Shown here: one piece after another, positions 39,039 through 49,571 of the stretch | How the letters are laid out: every line of letters starts with the position of its first letter | Numbering within the stretch: position 1 is the stretch's first letter | NCBI GenBank assembly: GCA_963771355.1 | Contig: CAVYTA010000002.1 | Coordinates: 32,001-96,000 of the forward strand | Reading direction: 5' to 3' | Origin: an uncultured Candidatus Rokubacteria bacterium | GTDB taxonomy: Bacteria; Methylomirabilota; Methylomirabilia; Rokubacteriales; CSP1-6 | DNA: 64,000 nucleotides | Position numbers and translations under genes: made by a program | Notes under the pieces: model-generated | Database searches by the model: none | What the model was told of the DNA's origin: nothing | What the model saw: only the letters and a program-made list of their open reading frames with translations

Positions 39039-39105
39039 GGCTCCCCTTTCTCGCGAGAGGCTGACTATACTACGCGGGCTCGAACGAGTGCTCGGGGGGC
39101 CGGCT

Positions 39106-40338
39106 TCACTGCTTCGTCGGTGGCCGCCGGCCCGCCTCACCGTAGCCGACGAGCTCCACGTAGCCGTGGCCCGCCACGGGCTGTCCGCCCTCGGTGCCGC
39201 GCACCTCCACCGCGCCCTCCCAGTAGCGCGGGCTCACGTCCAGCTCCTGGTCGGCCAGGCGCGGCGTGATGGTCAGCTCGAGGCGCCCGGCGGTGTCCGT
39301 GAGCCGCCAGCCGGCGGGATACTCGACCCCGCTCCGCCGGCTGCGCCAGACGCCGGTAGCCTCGAGGCGCACCCCGTCGCGCGTCAGCGCCCGCGCCCCC
39401 CCGCGCGCGTCCACTACCACGCCGGCGCTGAAGGGATCGGCGGTGCCGTCCCGCCGGCGGAGGCGGTAGTACATCAGCTCGCGCCCGTCCTCGAGCTGCA
39501 GCGCGAACCAGTCCCAGCCGGCCAGGTCCTTGCCCACCGCGGCGGTGCTCCACTCGCGGTCCATCCAGGCGAGCCCCTCCACCTCGAACCGCTCGGTGCG
39601 GAGCCGGATGGTGCCGCGCACGGGCATGCGCGTGAGCGAGTAGTAGTACGAGGCGTTGCCGAGCTCCGGTCCCTTGCGCGAGAGCCCGCGCTCACCCTGC
39701 AGCACCGGCGGCTTGGCGCTCTCCAGCTGGAGGTCCAGCGCCATGTCCTCGTCCTCCGCGCGCAGGTGCAGGGGAAAGGTGGAGGTCCCGTCGCTCCGTG
39801 CCTCCCAGTCCTCCACGAAGACGCGGAAGGGCTCCGCCTGGGCGCCGGCCAGGCCGAGCGCGCCACGGCTGGTCCGCGTCCCGAAGTGGAAACGGCCGCC
39901 GCGCGCGTCCGTCACCGCCAGGTGCGCCAGATAAGCGTGGCTGGCGCCCCAGTCCGAGCCACGGCCCGGCGCGTCCGGCGTCAGCGCGCGGCGGAAGAAC
40001 GTGAGCTGGAAGCCGAGGTGTCGCCCGTCGGCGCTCCGGAGATTGCCGGTCCAGTACCACCACTCGACCCGGAACTCCGGATGGGGCCCGTGGTCGCGGG
40101 GAAAGACGAAGGCCCGCGGCACCTCCGCGCGGGCGAAGCCCTCGACCCGGCCCCCGGACAGTGCCTCCGCCACGGAGAGCGTGGCGACCACGGGCCCGCG
40201 CGCCGGCCGGAACGGCCCCTCGGTCAGCGTGAGCAGCACCGCGAGGACCAGTACCGCCGCGCCCGCCACCAGGCCCGCCGCCACGGCCACCCGGCGGGCG
40301 CCGCGCCGGAACGCCCCCGGCCCGCCGGGCTCACTCAT
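39106..40338 (-). CDS. Lipocalin-like/CrtC (AttH-like) secreted protein
   Basis: FPRDHGPHPEFRVEWWYWTGNL, GFQLTFFR, SYYYS, WMDREWS, GWDWF, YWEGAV, GYVELVGY. Confidence 0.88.
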   Translation of the reverse strand: MSEPGGPGAFRRGARRVAVAAGLVAGAAVLVLAVLLTLTEGPFRPARGPVVATLSVAEALSGGRVEGFARAEVPRAFVFPRDHGPHPEFRVEWWYWTGNLRSADGRHLGFQLTFFRRALTPDAPGRGSDWGASHAYLAHLAVTDARGGRFHFGTRTSRGALGLAGAQAEPFRVFVEDWEARSDGTSTFPLHLRAEDEDMALDLQLESAKPPVLQGERGLSRKGPELGNASYYYSLTRMPVRGTIRLRTERFEVEGLAWMDREWSTAAVGKDLAGWDWFALQLEDGRELMYYRLRRRDGTADPFSAGVVVDARGGARALTRDGVRLEATGVWRSRRSGVEYPAGWRLTDTAGRLELTITPRLADQELDVSPRYWEGAVEVRGTEGGQPVAGHGYVELVGYGEAGRRPPTKQ

Positions 40339-42883
40339 CGCGCAGCGCCTCCGCGGGCACCGCCCGCGCCATGCGCAGCGCGGGGTAGAGGCCGGCCAGG
40401 AGCGCGGCCACCACCGCGAGCAACAGGCCCTGGAGTAGCACCTCGGGGCGCACGTCGAGCGGCATGGTCCAGCCGAAGGACCGGCGATTGATCACGAAGA
40501 CGAGGACGGCGGCCAGGAGCACGCCCATCGGCAGCGCGAGCAGCCCCGCCACCAGCCCCATGAGCCCCGTCTGCGCGGTGATCACGCCCCAGACCTGGCG
40601 CGGCGTGAGGCCGAGCGCGCGCTGGAAGGCCACCTCGCGCGTGCGCTCCAGCGCCTGCGCCATCAGCGCGGACAGCACGCCCACGAAGGCCACCACCACG
40701 ATGAGGAGCCGGAGCACACGCGTCACCGCGAAGGTGCGGTCGAAGATCTCCAGCGACGCCTCCCGCAGCGCCCGGTTGGAGCGGATGACCACCTCGGCGG
40801 GCGGCGTGCCCTCCGCCGTGCGCGCTCGCAGCGCGGCGATGAGGGCGTCGGGGTCGGTGCCCGGAGCCGTGTAGAGCGCGATCGCCGACACCGCGCGGTC
40901 GTCCCAGTGGCGCTCGTAGGTCGCGCGGCTCATGACGACCACCCCGGCGCTCGAGCCGTAGTCGTAGAAGACGCCGGCGATGGGGAACGCGTGGGGGCCG
41001 CGGTCGGTGGTGAGATGCACCCGGCGGCCCGGGTTCAGCTCGCGGCGATAGGCGAAGGGCTCGGAGACCATCACCGCGCCGTTCTCCACCGCGGCCCAGA
41101 CGCGCTCGAGCCGCCCCTCCTTCATGGGAAAGCTCGGCGCCCGCCCGGCCGCGACCCCCAGCGCCACCACGTGCACCGACCCGCGCGGACTCGCCACGGT
41201 GGCCCCGCGCGACGTGCTCACCGCCGCGACGCCGGGGGTGGCGGCGAGCCGCTCGGCCAGCCCTGCGTCGAGCGCGGCGTCGGGGCGGCTGCCGATGAGA
41301 CTCGGCGGCGAGATGTACACGTCCGCGCGCAGCGTGCCCTCGAGCCACTGTTCGACCGCCTCCCGGAACGACGCGATCATGATGCCCACGCCGATGGTGG
41401 CGGAGACGGCGATCATGAGCGCGGCGATGGCGATGCCGGTGCGCGAGAGCGCGGCATGGATGCCGCGCGCGGCCATTCCCCCCAGGAGACCCCCGATGCG
41501 CCGCGCCGGCCATTCCAGGACCCGCAGCAGCGCGGAGGCGGCCAGCGGGGTGGCGAGCGCGGCGCCCATGAGCAGCGCGAAGAGCCCGACGAAGCCCCAC
41601 AACGCGCCGCCCCGCGGGAGGAGCAGGAGCCCGCCCACGCCGGCCAGCGCCACTCCCGCGAGCGCGGCGCGCGGCGCCGTCCGGCGGGCCCGCGCCTCGA
41701 GGAGCGAGCGCAGCAGCGCCTCGCGCGGCCGCGTCCCCGCCGCCTCGCGCGCGGGGGCAAGCGCGGCCAGGAGAGTGGCGCCCATGCCGAGGCCCACCGC
41801 CTTGAGCACCGCCGCCGGGGTGAGCCAGACCTCGCGCACCGACAGCACGAAGTAGAGGTCGTTGATGGTGCGCGTGACGAGGCCGAGCAGGCCCTGGGCC
41901 AGCGCCAGGCCGAGGCCGATGCCCAGCAGCGTCCCCACCGCGCCCACCGCGAGCGCCTCGCCGGCCACCAGGGTGAACACCTCGCCGCGGGTGACGCCCA
42001 GCGCGCGAAGCGTGCCGATGAGGGGCCGGCGCTGCACCACCGAGAACGTCATGGTGTTGTAGACGAGGAACATCCCCACCACCAGCGCCAGCAGCGAGAG
42101 CGCGCGCAGGTTCAGCGAGAAGGCGGCGGTCATCGAGGCCGCGGTCTCGGCCTGCGCCCCGGCGCGCGTGAGCTCGGCGCCCGGGGGCAGCGCGGTGCGG
42201 ATACGCTCGAGCAGGGCCTGGTCCTGCGCTCGGAAGCCCACGATGAGGTCGATGCGGGTGAGCCGGCCCCGCGTGCCCGCCAGCTCCTGCGCGGTGGCGA
42301 TGTCGGTCACGAGCAGGCCCTCCAGCGCGCGCGTCGAGAGGCGGTCGGCGGGCTCGAAGGTGCCGATGAGGGTCAGCGAGCGTCGTACCCCGGCCACGCG
42401 CACGCTGAGGGGGGCGCCCCCCTTGAGGCCGAGCGCGCGGGCGGTGGGCCCGGACATCAGCGCAGTGCCCGGCCGTCCCACGAGATCGGCGAGCGTGCCG
42501 AGGGGATCCCCCCCTGCCAGGTGCGGCCGGAACGCGGACTCGGCGAAGGGATCCACGCCCAGGAGCTGGAACGTGCGCCCCGGGTGGTCCGGCGCCGCCA
42601 CGTCGAACGCCACCACCGGCGCGGCCCGGCGCACGCCCAGGTCCAGGCGCAGGGTGCGATAGAAGGCCTCCGGCAACCCGGCGGGCCCCCCCACGATCTG
42701 ATGCGTGGCCCGCCCCGTCACCGCCTCGGTGGCCAGCGCGAAGGCTCGGCGCGCGCTCTCGGTGGCGAGATCGATGGACAGGGCGACCGCCACTCCCAGC
42801 GCGATGCCGAGCACGCTGAGGCCGATCTGACCCGGGTGGCGGAGGAGATGCCGCAGGCTCGCCCGCCAGAGCAGCCGGCTCAC
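40331..42883 (-). CDS. FtsX/MacB-type ABC permease, double domain (AttFG-like)
   Basis: [29 protein letters not shown], second repeat with RALGLT. Confidence 0.9.
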   Translation of the reverse strand: MSRLLWRASLRHLLRHPGQIGLSVLGIALGVAVALSIDLATESARRAFALATEAVTGRATHQIVGGPAGLPEAFYRTLRLDLGVRRAAPVVAFDVAAPDHPGRTFQLLGVDPFAESAFRPHLAGGDPLGTLADLVGRPGTALMSGPTARALGLKGGAPLSVRVAGVRRSLTLIGTFEPADRLSTRALEGLLVTDIATAQELAGTRGRLTRIDLIVGFRAQDQALLERIRTALPPGAELTRAGAQAETAASMTAAFSLNLRALSLLALVVGMFLVYNTMTFSVVQRRPLIGTLRALGVTRGEVFTLVAGEALAVGAVGTLLGIGLGLALAQGLLGLVTRTINDLYFVLSVREVWLTPAAVLKAVGLGMGATLLAALAPAREAAGTRPREALLRSLLEARARRTAPRAALAGVALAGVGGLLLLPRGGALWGFVGLFALLMGAALATPLAASALLRVLEWPARRIGGLLGGMAARGIHAALSRTGIAIAALMIAVSATIGVGIMIASFREAVEQWLEGTLRADVYISPPSLIGSRPDAALDAGLAERLAATPGVAAVSTSRGATVASPRGSVHVVALGVAAGRAPSFPMKEGRLERVWAAVENGAVMVSEPFAYRRELNPGRRVHLTTDRGPHAFPIAGVFYDYGSSAGVVVMSRATYERHWDDRAVSAIALYTAPGTDPDALIAALRARTAEGTPPAEVVIRSNRALREASLEIFDRTFAVTRVLRLLIVVVAFVGVLSALMAQALERTREVAFQRALGLTPRQVWGVITAQTGLMGLVAGLLALPMGVLLAAVLVFVINRRSFGWTMPLDVRPEVLLQGLLLAVVAALLAGLYPALRMARAVPAEALRDE

Positions 42884-43578
42884 GCGCGTTCCGCGACCCG
42901 CTGCTCGACGAGCTGGCCCTGCTGGATGAGGAATACGCGGTCCGCCACCCCGATCACCTCGCGGCTGTGGGTGGCCATCACCACCGTCTTTCCCAGCTCG
43001 CGCGCGAGCCCGTCCAGGAGGTCGAGCACCACCTCGGCGGCGTCGGCGTCGAGATTGCCGGTGGGCTCGTCGGCCAGCACGAGGGCGGGATCGTGCACGA
43101 GGGCCCGCGCCACCGCCACGCGCTGCTGCTCGCCGCCGGAGAGCCGGTCGGGGTAGGTGCGGGCCCGATCGGCCAGGCCCACCCGCGCCAGCAGGGCCAG
43201 CGCATGCGCCCGCCCGCGCGCGTCGGCCCGCCCCAGCAGCTCGAGCGGCAAGAGCAGGTTCTCCTCCACCGTCAGCAGCGGGACCAGGTTGAAGAACTGG
43301 AAGATGAAGCCGATGTGCTCGCGCCGGAAGCGCGTGCGCGCGCCCTCGTCGAGCGCGGTGAGGTCGGTGCCGTTGACGCGCACCGTCCCCTCGGAGGGCC
43401 GGTCGATCCCGCTGATGAGGTTCAGCACGGTGGACTTGCCGGAGCCGCTGCGCCCGACCAGCACGCCGATCTCGCCGATCCCGACGGTGGCGCCGGCGTC
43501 GCGGAGGACGACGCGCTCGCCGTCGCCCTCCCGGTAGAACTTGCTGAGATGGCGGAGCTCGACGGCGGGGAGGAACAT
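42880..43578 (-). CDS. ABC transporter ATP-binding protein (LolD/AttE-like)
   Basis: [32 protein letters not shown]. Confidence 0.95.
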   Translation of the reverse strand: MFLPAVELRHLSKFYREGDGERVVLRDAGATVGIGEIGVLVGRSGSGKSTVLNLISGIDRPSEGTVRVNGTDLTALDEGARTRFRREHIGFIFQFFNLVPLLTVEENLLLPLELLGRADARGRAHALALLARVGLADRARTYPDRLSGGEQQRVAVARALVHDPALVLADEPTGNLDADAAEVVLDLLDGLARELGKTVVMATHSREVIGVADRVFLIQQGQLVEQRVAERA

Positions 43579-43745
43579 GGCGACGCGGCTATTGTAGCAG
43601 GGGCGGAAAACAGGAAACTTTAGGGGGTGACACTTTCATTGACCCCGAGAAGGAGAAGGCCCAGCGCGAGCCGGAGGGCGGAGTGGCGCATCGCGCGACT
43701 ATACCGGGAACCGGGCCGCCCCGGGAGTGGATCCGGCGAGGAGGA

Positions 43746-44453
43746 CTAGGCGGGGAGCGCGGAGTCGCGCGCGCTGCGCGAGAGCACGCCCGCGAGCATC
43801 TGGCCCAGCGCCGGCGTGTAGCGCGGACGGACCGGCTTGGCCTCGATCAGCGAGAGGAGGTCCGAGAAGCGGACCACCGGCGCCCAGGACCGATCCACCT
43901 TCACGCGGCAGAGCGGATGGGTGAGGACCACCACGCCGTCCACCCAGCGCAGCAGGGAGCGGCCCAGCTCGGGATGGGCGCGGCAGAGAAACTCCTTCAC
44001 CGCGATCGCGCCCTCGGTCACCTGGCGCGCGACGTCGCCGCGGGGAATGCCGTTCACCCGCCAGCGGTTGTTCCGCACGCGGATGCTCCCGCCCCAGCGC
44101 TTGGTCTCGATCGCCATGATCCCGAAGGGCCCGATGAGGACGTGGTCCACGTTGCCGCGGTAGTAGGGCAGCATCAGGTCGTTGACCAGGAAGTAGTCGT
44201 CGGAGAGACGGCCCAGCAGCTCGGTCACGTTCTCCTCGCCCACCCGGCCGGAGCGGACGCTCCGCAGCCGGCCCAGCGCGGAGCCCGCCATGGACCCCGC
44301 GGCGAGACCGGCAACGAGCCCGACGAGGGGATTCACCGCGACGCCCGCCGCCACCGAGGCCACCAGGCCCGCGCCGGCGAAGCCCATCAGCTCGAGCTGG
44401 TGACGACGCTCGCGCGCCGCCAGATACGCGCCCCCTGCCCGCTCGAGCTTCAT
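43746..44453 (-). CDS. NERD (nuclease-related domain) protein with N-terminal TM helices
   Basis: GRVGEENV, LVNDL, NVDHVLIGPFGIMAIETK PD-(D/E)xK-like pattern. Start may be the GTG at 44504. Confidence 0.8.
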   Translation of the reverse strand: MKLERAGGAYLAARERRHQLELMGFAGAGLVASVAAGVAVNPLVGLVAGLAAGSMAGSALGRLRSVRSGRVGEENVTELLGRLSDDYFLVNDLMLPYYRGNVDHVLIGPFGIMAIETKRWGGSIRVRNNRWRVNGIPRGDVARQVTEGAIAVKEFLCRAHPELGRSLLRWVDGVVVLTHPLCRVKVDRSWAPVVRFSDLLSLIEAKPVRPRYTPALGQMLAGVLSRSARDSALPA

Positions 44454-44669
44454 GACCGAGAGCAATTGCACGGAGCGGGCCAGCGGCCTGGTGGGCGAGG
44501 ACACCCAGGCACGGGCTCCCGTTCGCGTTCACGTGCGCGGACTTACGGGCCTCGCGCAGAGGTTGCGCGGGTCGGCGGTGGACCAAAGCCGTCAGCGCCG
44601 CCGGCCAAAATCGGAAGCGCTGAGGGGCACTGCGCGCGAGCCCGCCGCGGCGGCCGGGCCACCGCACCC

Positions 44670-45060
44670 CTAAAGGTGAGCGACTGCCTCGATCTCGACC
44701 AGCGCGCCGGCGGGAAGCGCCACCACCTGCACGGTGGAGCGGGCGGGCGGCTCGGCGCCCGCGTGCTTCTTGTACACCTCGTTCATCGCCGCGAAGTCGG
44801 CCAGGTCCTTCAGGTACACGGTCGTCTTGACGAGGCGGTCCAGCCCGCTGCCCGCCTCCTCCAGGATGGCCCGGAGGTTGGCGAGGACCTGCTCCGTCTG
44901 CTCGGTGATGGTCTTGCCCACGAGCTCGGCTCGAGCCGGGGCGCAGCGGGATCTGCCCCGAGACGAAGACCAGGTCCCCCACGCGGATGGCCTGGGAGTA
45001 CGGCGCGCCCGCGAAGGGCGCGGGAGCCTGCGTGCTGCGGACCACCGATTTCTTGGCCAT
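44670..45060 (-). CDS. ridA: RidA/YjgF family reactive intermediate deaminase, frameshift near 44930
   Basis: APYSQAI, VFVSGQIP, VKTTVYLKDLADFAAMNEVY, PARSTVQV, VEIEAVA. Confidence 0.85.
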
Positions 45061-45063
45061 GGC

Positions 45064-46248
45064 CTAGCCCCGCATCGAGGTGAGCATGACCTCGAGCCCC
45101 ACGCGCAGGCCCACCGGCAGCCCGTCCTCGTTCATCTCGAACTCGGGGGCATGGTGCGGCCGCGCCGGCCCGGTGGCGGGCGCGATGCCCACGCGGAAGT
45201 AGCAGCCGGGCCGCTCGCGGAGGAAGAGGCTCATGTCGTCGGAGGCCATCACGCGCCGGCCTTCGTCCACCGCGGCTTCGCCCATGGCGGTGGCGGCGCA
45301 GCGGTGCACGAAGTCGGTCTCCTTCGCGTGATTCACCACCGCGGGGCAGGAGCCCCCATCCATCAGCAGCCGCGCCTCCGCCCGGAAGGCGCGGGCCTGA
45401 TGGGCGACGAAATCGCCGAGGCGCTGGATGAGCTGGTCGCGCACCGACTGCTCGAAGGCGCGGATGGTCCCCTTCATCACCGCCCGGTCCGGAATGATGT
45501 TGCCCTTCGTCCCCGACGTGATCTGACCCACGGTGAGCACCGCGGTCTCCTGCGCCGGCACCTCGCGCGCCACCAGGCTCTGCATGCCGAGGAGGATGCT
45601 GGCCGCGGCGGTGATGGGGTCGATGGAGAGATGCGGCATCGCGCCGTGGCCGCCGGCACCCTTGATCTCCACGGTGAAGGCGTCGGCGGAGGCCATGGTG
45701 GGGCCGGGGCGCACCTGCACGTTGCCCACCGCGTTCAGCGTGGTGAGGTGGAGGCCGTAGACCTCGTCCACCCGCGGGTTGTCGAGCACGCCCGCCGCGA
45801 TCATGGGCCGCGCCCCGCCCAGCACTTCCTCCGCGGGCTGGAAGAGGAACACCGCGATGCCGGGCATCTCGCCGCGCCGGGCGGCCAGGATCTCGGCCAT
45901 GGTGATGGCGATGGCGGTGTGGCCGTCGTGGCCGCAGGCATGCATCACGCCGGGAGTGCCGGAAGCGAAGGGAGCCTCCAGGACCTCGGTGAGCGGCAGC
46001 GCGTCGGTGTCGGCCCGCCAGGCCACCGTCTTGCCGGGCAGGTCGCCCCGCAGCACGCCCACCACGCCGGTGCCCGCCACCGCGCGCACCTCGAGCCCCG
46101 CCGCCTGGAGCCGCTCCGCGATGATCTGCGCGGTGCGCTGCTCCTGGAAGGACAGCTCCGGATGCCGGTGGAAGTCCCGCCGCAGCGCCACCAGGGCCTC
46201 GCGCCGCTTGTCCGCCTCCTGCGTCCAGTCCAGCCGCGTCTTGCTCAT
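45064..46248 (-). CDS. M20D family amidohydrolase
   Basis: RRDFHRHPELSFQE, RADTDALP, MHACGHDGH, FQPAEE, GGHGA, HHAPEF. Confidence 0.93.
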   Translation of the reverse strand: MSKTRLDWTQEADKRREALVALRRDFHRHPELSFQEQRTAQIIAERLQAAGLEVRAVAGTGVVGVLRGDLPGKTVAWRADTDALPLTEVLEAPFASGTPGVMHACGHDGHTAIAITMAEILAARRGEMPGIAVFLFQPAEEVLGGARPMIAAGVLDNPRVDEVYGLHLTTLNAVGNVQVRPGPTMASADAFTVEIKGAGGHGAMPHLSIDPITAAASILLGMQSLVAREVPAQETAVLTVGQITSGTKGNIIPDRAVMKGTIRAFEQSVRDQLIQRLGDFVAHQARAFRAEARLLMDGGSCPAVVNHAKETDFVHRCAATAMGEAAVDEGRRVMASDDMSLFLRERPGCYFRVGIAPATGPARPHHAPEFEMNEDGLPVGLRVGLEVMLTSMRG

Positions 46249-46309
46249 GATGCGTCCCCCTCAGGTTGGGTGCTCGGCCGCCACAAGGTAGCAGAGGCCG
46301 CGGGCGCTG

Positions 46310-47518
46310 TCACTCCGGGTCCGACCGCCACCAGAAGGTGATGAGGACCAGCGCGGCGACCCCGCTGACGCCGGCGCCGAGATAGGCGGCGGACACCGAG
46401 CTGCGCTCCGAGATCCAGCCCACCATGAACGAGCCGAGGGGAAAGGTGCCGCCGAAGATGAGGGTGTAGAGGCTCATCACGCGGCCGCGCAGGGCATCGG
46501 GAGCGGCCAGCTGCAGCGCGGTATTGCACGAGGCCACCAGCATGATGCCGGACACGCCGATCACGAACAGCATCACCACCGCCACCCAGAAGTGCACCAC
46601 CGCGCTCATGGCGATGAGGCTGCCGCAGGCCAGGAACCCGGCGGCGAGCACCTGCGGCAGCGGCAGCTGCGGCTGGCGGAGACTGCCCAGCGTCAGTGCG
46701 CCGGTCACCGCGCCCACCCCCACCGCCGCCATGAGGAAGCCGAAGCCGGCGGCGTCCACGCGCAGCACGTCGCGCGCGAGCAGCGGCACGTAGACGGAGA
46801 AGTTGAACACGGTGAGGCTCACCACGAAGAGCAACAGGAGGAGGAGGCGGATGCGGCGCACGGACAGCGCGTACCGGAGGCCTTCGCCCACATCCGCCAG
46901 CATGGAGCGCCCGCGCGCTCCCCGGGGCAGGCCCTCGGTGCGCATGCGGGCCAGCGCGACGATCACCACCGTGAACGACAGCGCGTTCAGGAGGAACGCG
47001 ATGTCCACCCCGAAGCGGGAGATGAGCAGCCCCGCCACCACCGGGCCGATGATGCGCGCGGAGTTGAAGGCGGCGGAGTTGAGCGCCACCGCGTTGACGA
47101 TGTCCGCCTTGCCCACCAGCTCGGCCACGAAGGACTGGCGGGTGGGCATGTCCACCGTGTTCACGCAGCCGAGCAGCAGCGCGAGCACGCAGACGTGCCA
47201 GTACTCCGCGTGGCCGAAGCGGACCAGGAGGCCGAGGGTCAGCGCCAGGAGCGAGATCATGATCTGGGTGAAGAGGAGCACCCGGCGCTTCGGCAGGCGG
47301 TCGGCGAGGGCGCCGGTGAACACGGAGAAGAGCAGCACGGGGGCGAACTGCAAGGTGCCGATGAGCCCCAGCTTGAGCGGCGAGCCGGTGAGCTGCAGCA
47401 CCAGCCACGCCTGCCCCACCGACTGCATCCACGAGCCAACCTGCGAGACCACCTGACCGATGTAGAACCGCCGGTAGTCCGGATGGTTCAGCGCCCGCAG
47501 CCCAGCCGGAAATTGCAT
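46310..47518 (-). CDS. MFS transporter (MFS_3 type)
   Basis: GQVVSQVGSWMQ, GALADRLPKRR, DMPTRQS, NAVALNS, LRGRVMS. Confidence 0.9.
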   Translation of the reverse strand: MQFPAGLRALNHPDYRRFYIGQVVSQVGSWMQSVGQAWLVLQLTGSPLKLGLIGTLQFAPVLLFSVFTGALADRLPKRRVLLFTQIMISLLALTLGLLVRFGHAEYWHVCVLALLLGCVNTVDMPTRQSFVAELVGKADIVNAVALNSAAFNSARIIGPVVAGLLISRFGVDIAFLLNALSFTVVIVALARMRTEGLPRGARGRSMLADVGEGLRYALSVRRIRLLLLLLFVVSLTVFNFSVYVPLLARDVLRVDAAGFGFLMAAVGVGAVTGALTLGSLRQPQLPLPQVLAAGFLACGSLIAMSAVVHFWVAVVMLFVIGVSGIMLVASCNTALQLAAPDALRGRVMSLYTLIFGGTFPLGSFMVGWISERSSVSAAYLGAGVSGVAALVLITFWWRSDPE

Positions 47519-47540
47519 CTAGTCCCCGGTGGCACAGGCC

Positions 47541-47667
47541 GCCGGCGGCCGAGAAGGGTCCAGCTGCGAGGCGGCGCCCGACGGCCGTACGCGAGGCGTA
47601 CCCCTGGTACGTTGAGCGTGCGGCCGAGGGCGCCGACGAAGCAGATGGGCCCTTATCGGCCGTCGGC
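47541..47667. mobile_element. Long imperfect palindrome, MITE/REP-like element
   Basis: Arms pair along their whole length: gccggcggccga/tcggccgtcggc, aagggtcca/tgggccctt, ctgc/gcag, cggcgccc/gggcgccg, cggccgtacgc/gcgtgcggccg, gcgtacc/ggtacgt, with a 3-nt loop. Confidence 0.65.
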
Positions 47668-48033
47668 CAGTGCGATGCAGGCGAAAGCAACCTTGGCCGT
47701 GGTCGGCACCCCAAAGCGCGCGGTGTGACGCGCGGGCAGCCCGCCGGGGAAATGCTTCACGTATTCCGCGTTGATCTCGCGATAGTCGGCGGGATCGGTG
47801 ATGAGGAGGGTCATCTGCACCACCCGCTCGAGCGAGGACCCCGCCGCGCGCAGGATGGCGGAGACGTTCTCCAGCGCCTGCCGCGTCTGCTCCGCCGCGG
47901 TGCCGGTGGGGGCGGCGCCCCCGGTGTCGTTGCCGGCCCCGGTGCCGGAGACGAAGACGAGGCCGGCCGCGCGCGTGGCCCGGGAAAACGCGCCGGGGGC
48001 CGGCGCGGCGGGCGGATTGAAGAACTCGATCAT
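47653..48033 (-). CDS. RidA family protein
   Basis: FSRATRAAGLVFVSG, EQTRQALEN, INAEY, PARHT. Confidence 0.85.
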   Translation of the reverse strand: MIEFFNPPAAPAPGAFSRATRAAGLVFVSGTGAGNDTGGAAPTGTAAEQTRQALENVSAILRAAGSSLERVVQMTLLITDPADYREINAEYVKHFPGGLPARHTARFGVPTTAKVAFACIALADGR

Positions 48034-48097
48034 GCGCGCGTCCTCCTTGACGTACGGCCGGGTCTGGCCGATGATTCGGGCTGCGTCCAACCCTACC

Positions 48098-48532
48098 ATG
48101 CAATCGACATCCGACGACTTCCTCGCCGCCGTCCGCGAGCGCGCGCACGCGAACCTCTACTGGCGGACGCTCGGCGTCCAGGTGGAGGACGCGCGCGAGG
48201 GCTGGGTGCGGCTGCGGGTGGCGGCGCGGGACGAGCTGCGTAATGCCGCCGGCGCCCCCGTGCACGGAGGCGTCCTCTCCGCCCTGGTGGACATGGCGGT
48301 GGGCGGCGCGCTGTCGACCCTCCACGCGTCCGCCACCGGCGGCGTGGGGCAGTCCACCCTCGACCTCAACGTGAGCTTTCTCGCCGCCGCGCGCGGCGAC
48401 GTCGTCGCGGAGGGCCGTATCCTCCGCCGCGGCCGCACCATCGCCTTCGGGGAGGCGTCCATCTCCGACGACGAGGGCACCGTGGTCGCGGTCGGCCGCG
48501 CGACCTACATGATCCTGGCGCCGAAACCCTAG
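48098..48532 (+). CDS. PaaI family thioesterase (hotdog fold)
   Basis: VHGGVLSALVDMAVGGA, TLDLNVSFL, GRTIAF, GRATY. Confidence 0.88.
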   Translation: MQSTSDDFLAAVRERAHANLYWRTLGVQVEDAREGWVRLRVAARDELRNAAGAPVHGGVLSALVDMAVGGALSTLHASATGGVGQSTLDLNVSFLAAARGDVVAEGRILRRGRTIAFGEASISDDEGTVVAVGRATYMILAPKP

Positions 48533-48562
48533 ACTGATCCCGCACCAGAAAAGGAGCGTCCC

Positions 48563-49534
48563 GTGCCCACCAAGATCGTCTTCTCCCCGCCGATGCCCAA
48601 GGACATCATGGACGAGTGCCGCGCCATGGTCCCGCAAGGATACGAGCTGGCCGTGGTGGAGCGCGGGGTCGGGGGCGGCATCGAGGCCCACCGGGACGCC
48701 GAGTACTTCATCGGCTTTGCCCGCGGGGACATGGGACCGAACTTCTACCAGGCACTGCCGAAGCTCAAGCTCGTCCAGCTCATCAGCGCGGGCTATGACC
48801 GTCTCGACGTGGCGGCGGCCAAGCAGGCGGGCGTGCCGGTGGCCAACAACGGGGGTGCCAACTCCACCGCGGTGGCCGAGCACACCTGGCTCCTCATCCT
48901 GAGCGTGCTCAAGCGCCTGGCCTGGCAGCACAACAACGTGGTGGCCGGGAAGTGGCGCATCGGCGACCTCGCCGAGAACCGCCTCTACGAGGTGGAGGGC
49001 AAGACGCTCGGCATCGTCGGGCTCGGCACCATCGGCAAGAAGGTGGCGCGCCGGGCCCACGGCTTCGACATGCCGGTGATCTACTACGACACCGTGCGCC
49101 TCACCGAGGACCAGGAGAACGCGCTCGGCGTCCGCTTCGTGCTCCTCGACGAGCTCCTGCGCACCGCGGACGTGGTGAGCCTGCACGTGCCGCTCAACGC
49201 GGCAACGAAGAGCCTCATGAGCGCGCGGCAGTTCGGCCTCATGAAGCCGTCCGCGGTGCTCATCAATACCTGCCGGGGTCCGGTGGTGGACGAGACCGCA
49301 TTGCACCAGGCGCTGGTGAGCGGCCAGATCGCGGGCGCCGGCCTCGACGTGATGGCGGAGGAGCCGGGCAAGCCCGGGCATCCCCTCTACGCCGCCCCCA
49401 ACATCACCATCACCCCGCACATGGCCGGCCCCACCTGGGAGAACTGGCCCAAGGCCTTCCGCAACGCCTTCGACAACGTCCAGCGCGTGGCCCGGGGCGA
49501 CCGGGCGATGTGGATCATTCCGGAGCTCCGCTAG
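48563..49534 (+). CDS. D-isomer-specific 2-hydroxyacid dehydrogenase
   Basis: AVAEH, GIVGLGTIG, SLHVP, INTCRG, GAGLDV, TPHMAG. Confidence 0.93.
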   Translation: MPTKIVFSPPMPKDIMDECRAMVPQGYELAVVERGVGGGIEAHRDAEYFIGFARGDMGPNFYQALPKLKLVQLISAGYDRLDVAAAKQAGVPVANNGGANSTAVAEHTWLLILSVLKRLAWQHNNVVAGKWRIGDLAENRLYEVEGKTLGIVGLGTIGKKVARRAHGFDMPVIYYDTVRLTEDQENALGVRFVLLDELLRTADVVSLHVPLNAATKSLMSARQFGLMKPSAVLINTCRGPVVDETALHQALVSGQIAGAGLDVMAEEPGKPGHPLYAAPNITITPHMAGPTWENWPKAFRNAFDNVQRVARGDRAMWIIPELR

Positions 49535-49567
49535 TGGCCGGAGCTCCGCTAGTGGCCGGAGCTGCGC
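49520..49567 (+). repeat. 18-bp tandem repeat spanning a stop codon
   Basis: ccggagctccgctagtgg twice, then partial ccggagctgcgc. Confidence 0.85.
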
Positions 49568-49571
49568 GAGC

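Noticed and set aside
39106..43578. ABC ATPase/permease/lipocalin operon as a novel system
   Set aside because: Matches the widespread AttE/FG/H-like arrangement.
43600..43745. Intergenic segment with a weak ggggtga...tgacccc hairpin as an ncRNA
   Set aside because: Short imperfect stem with no recognisable RNA family; insufficient support.
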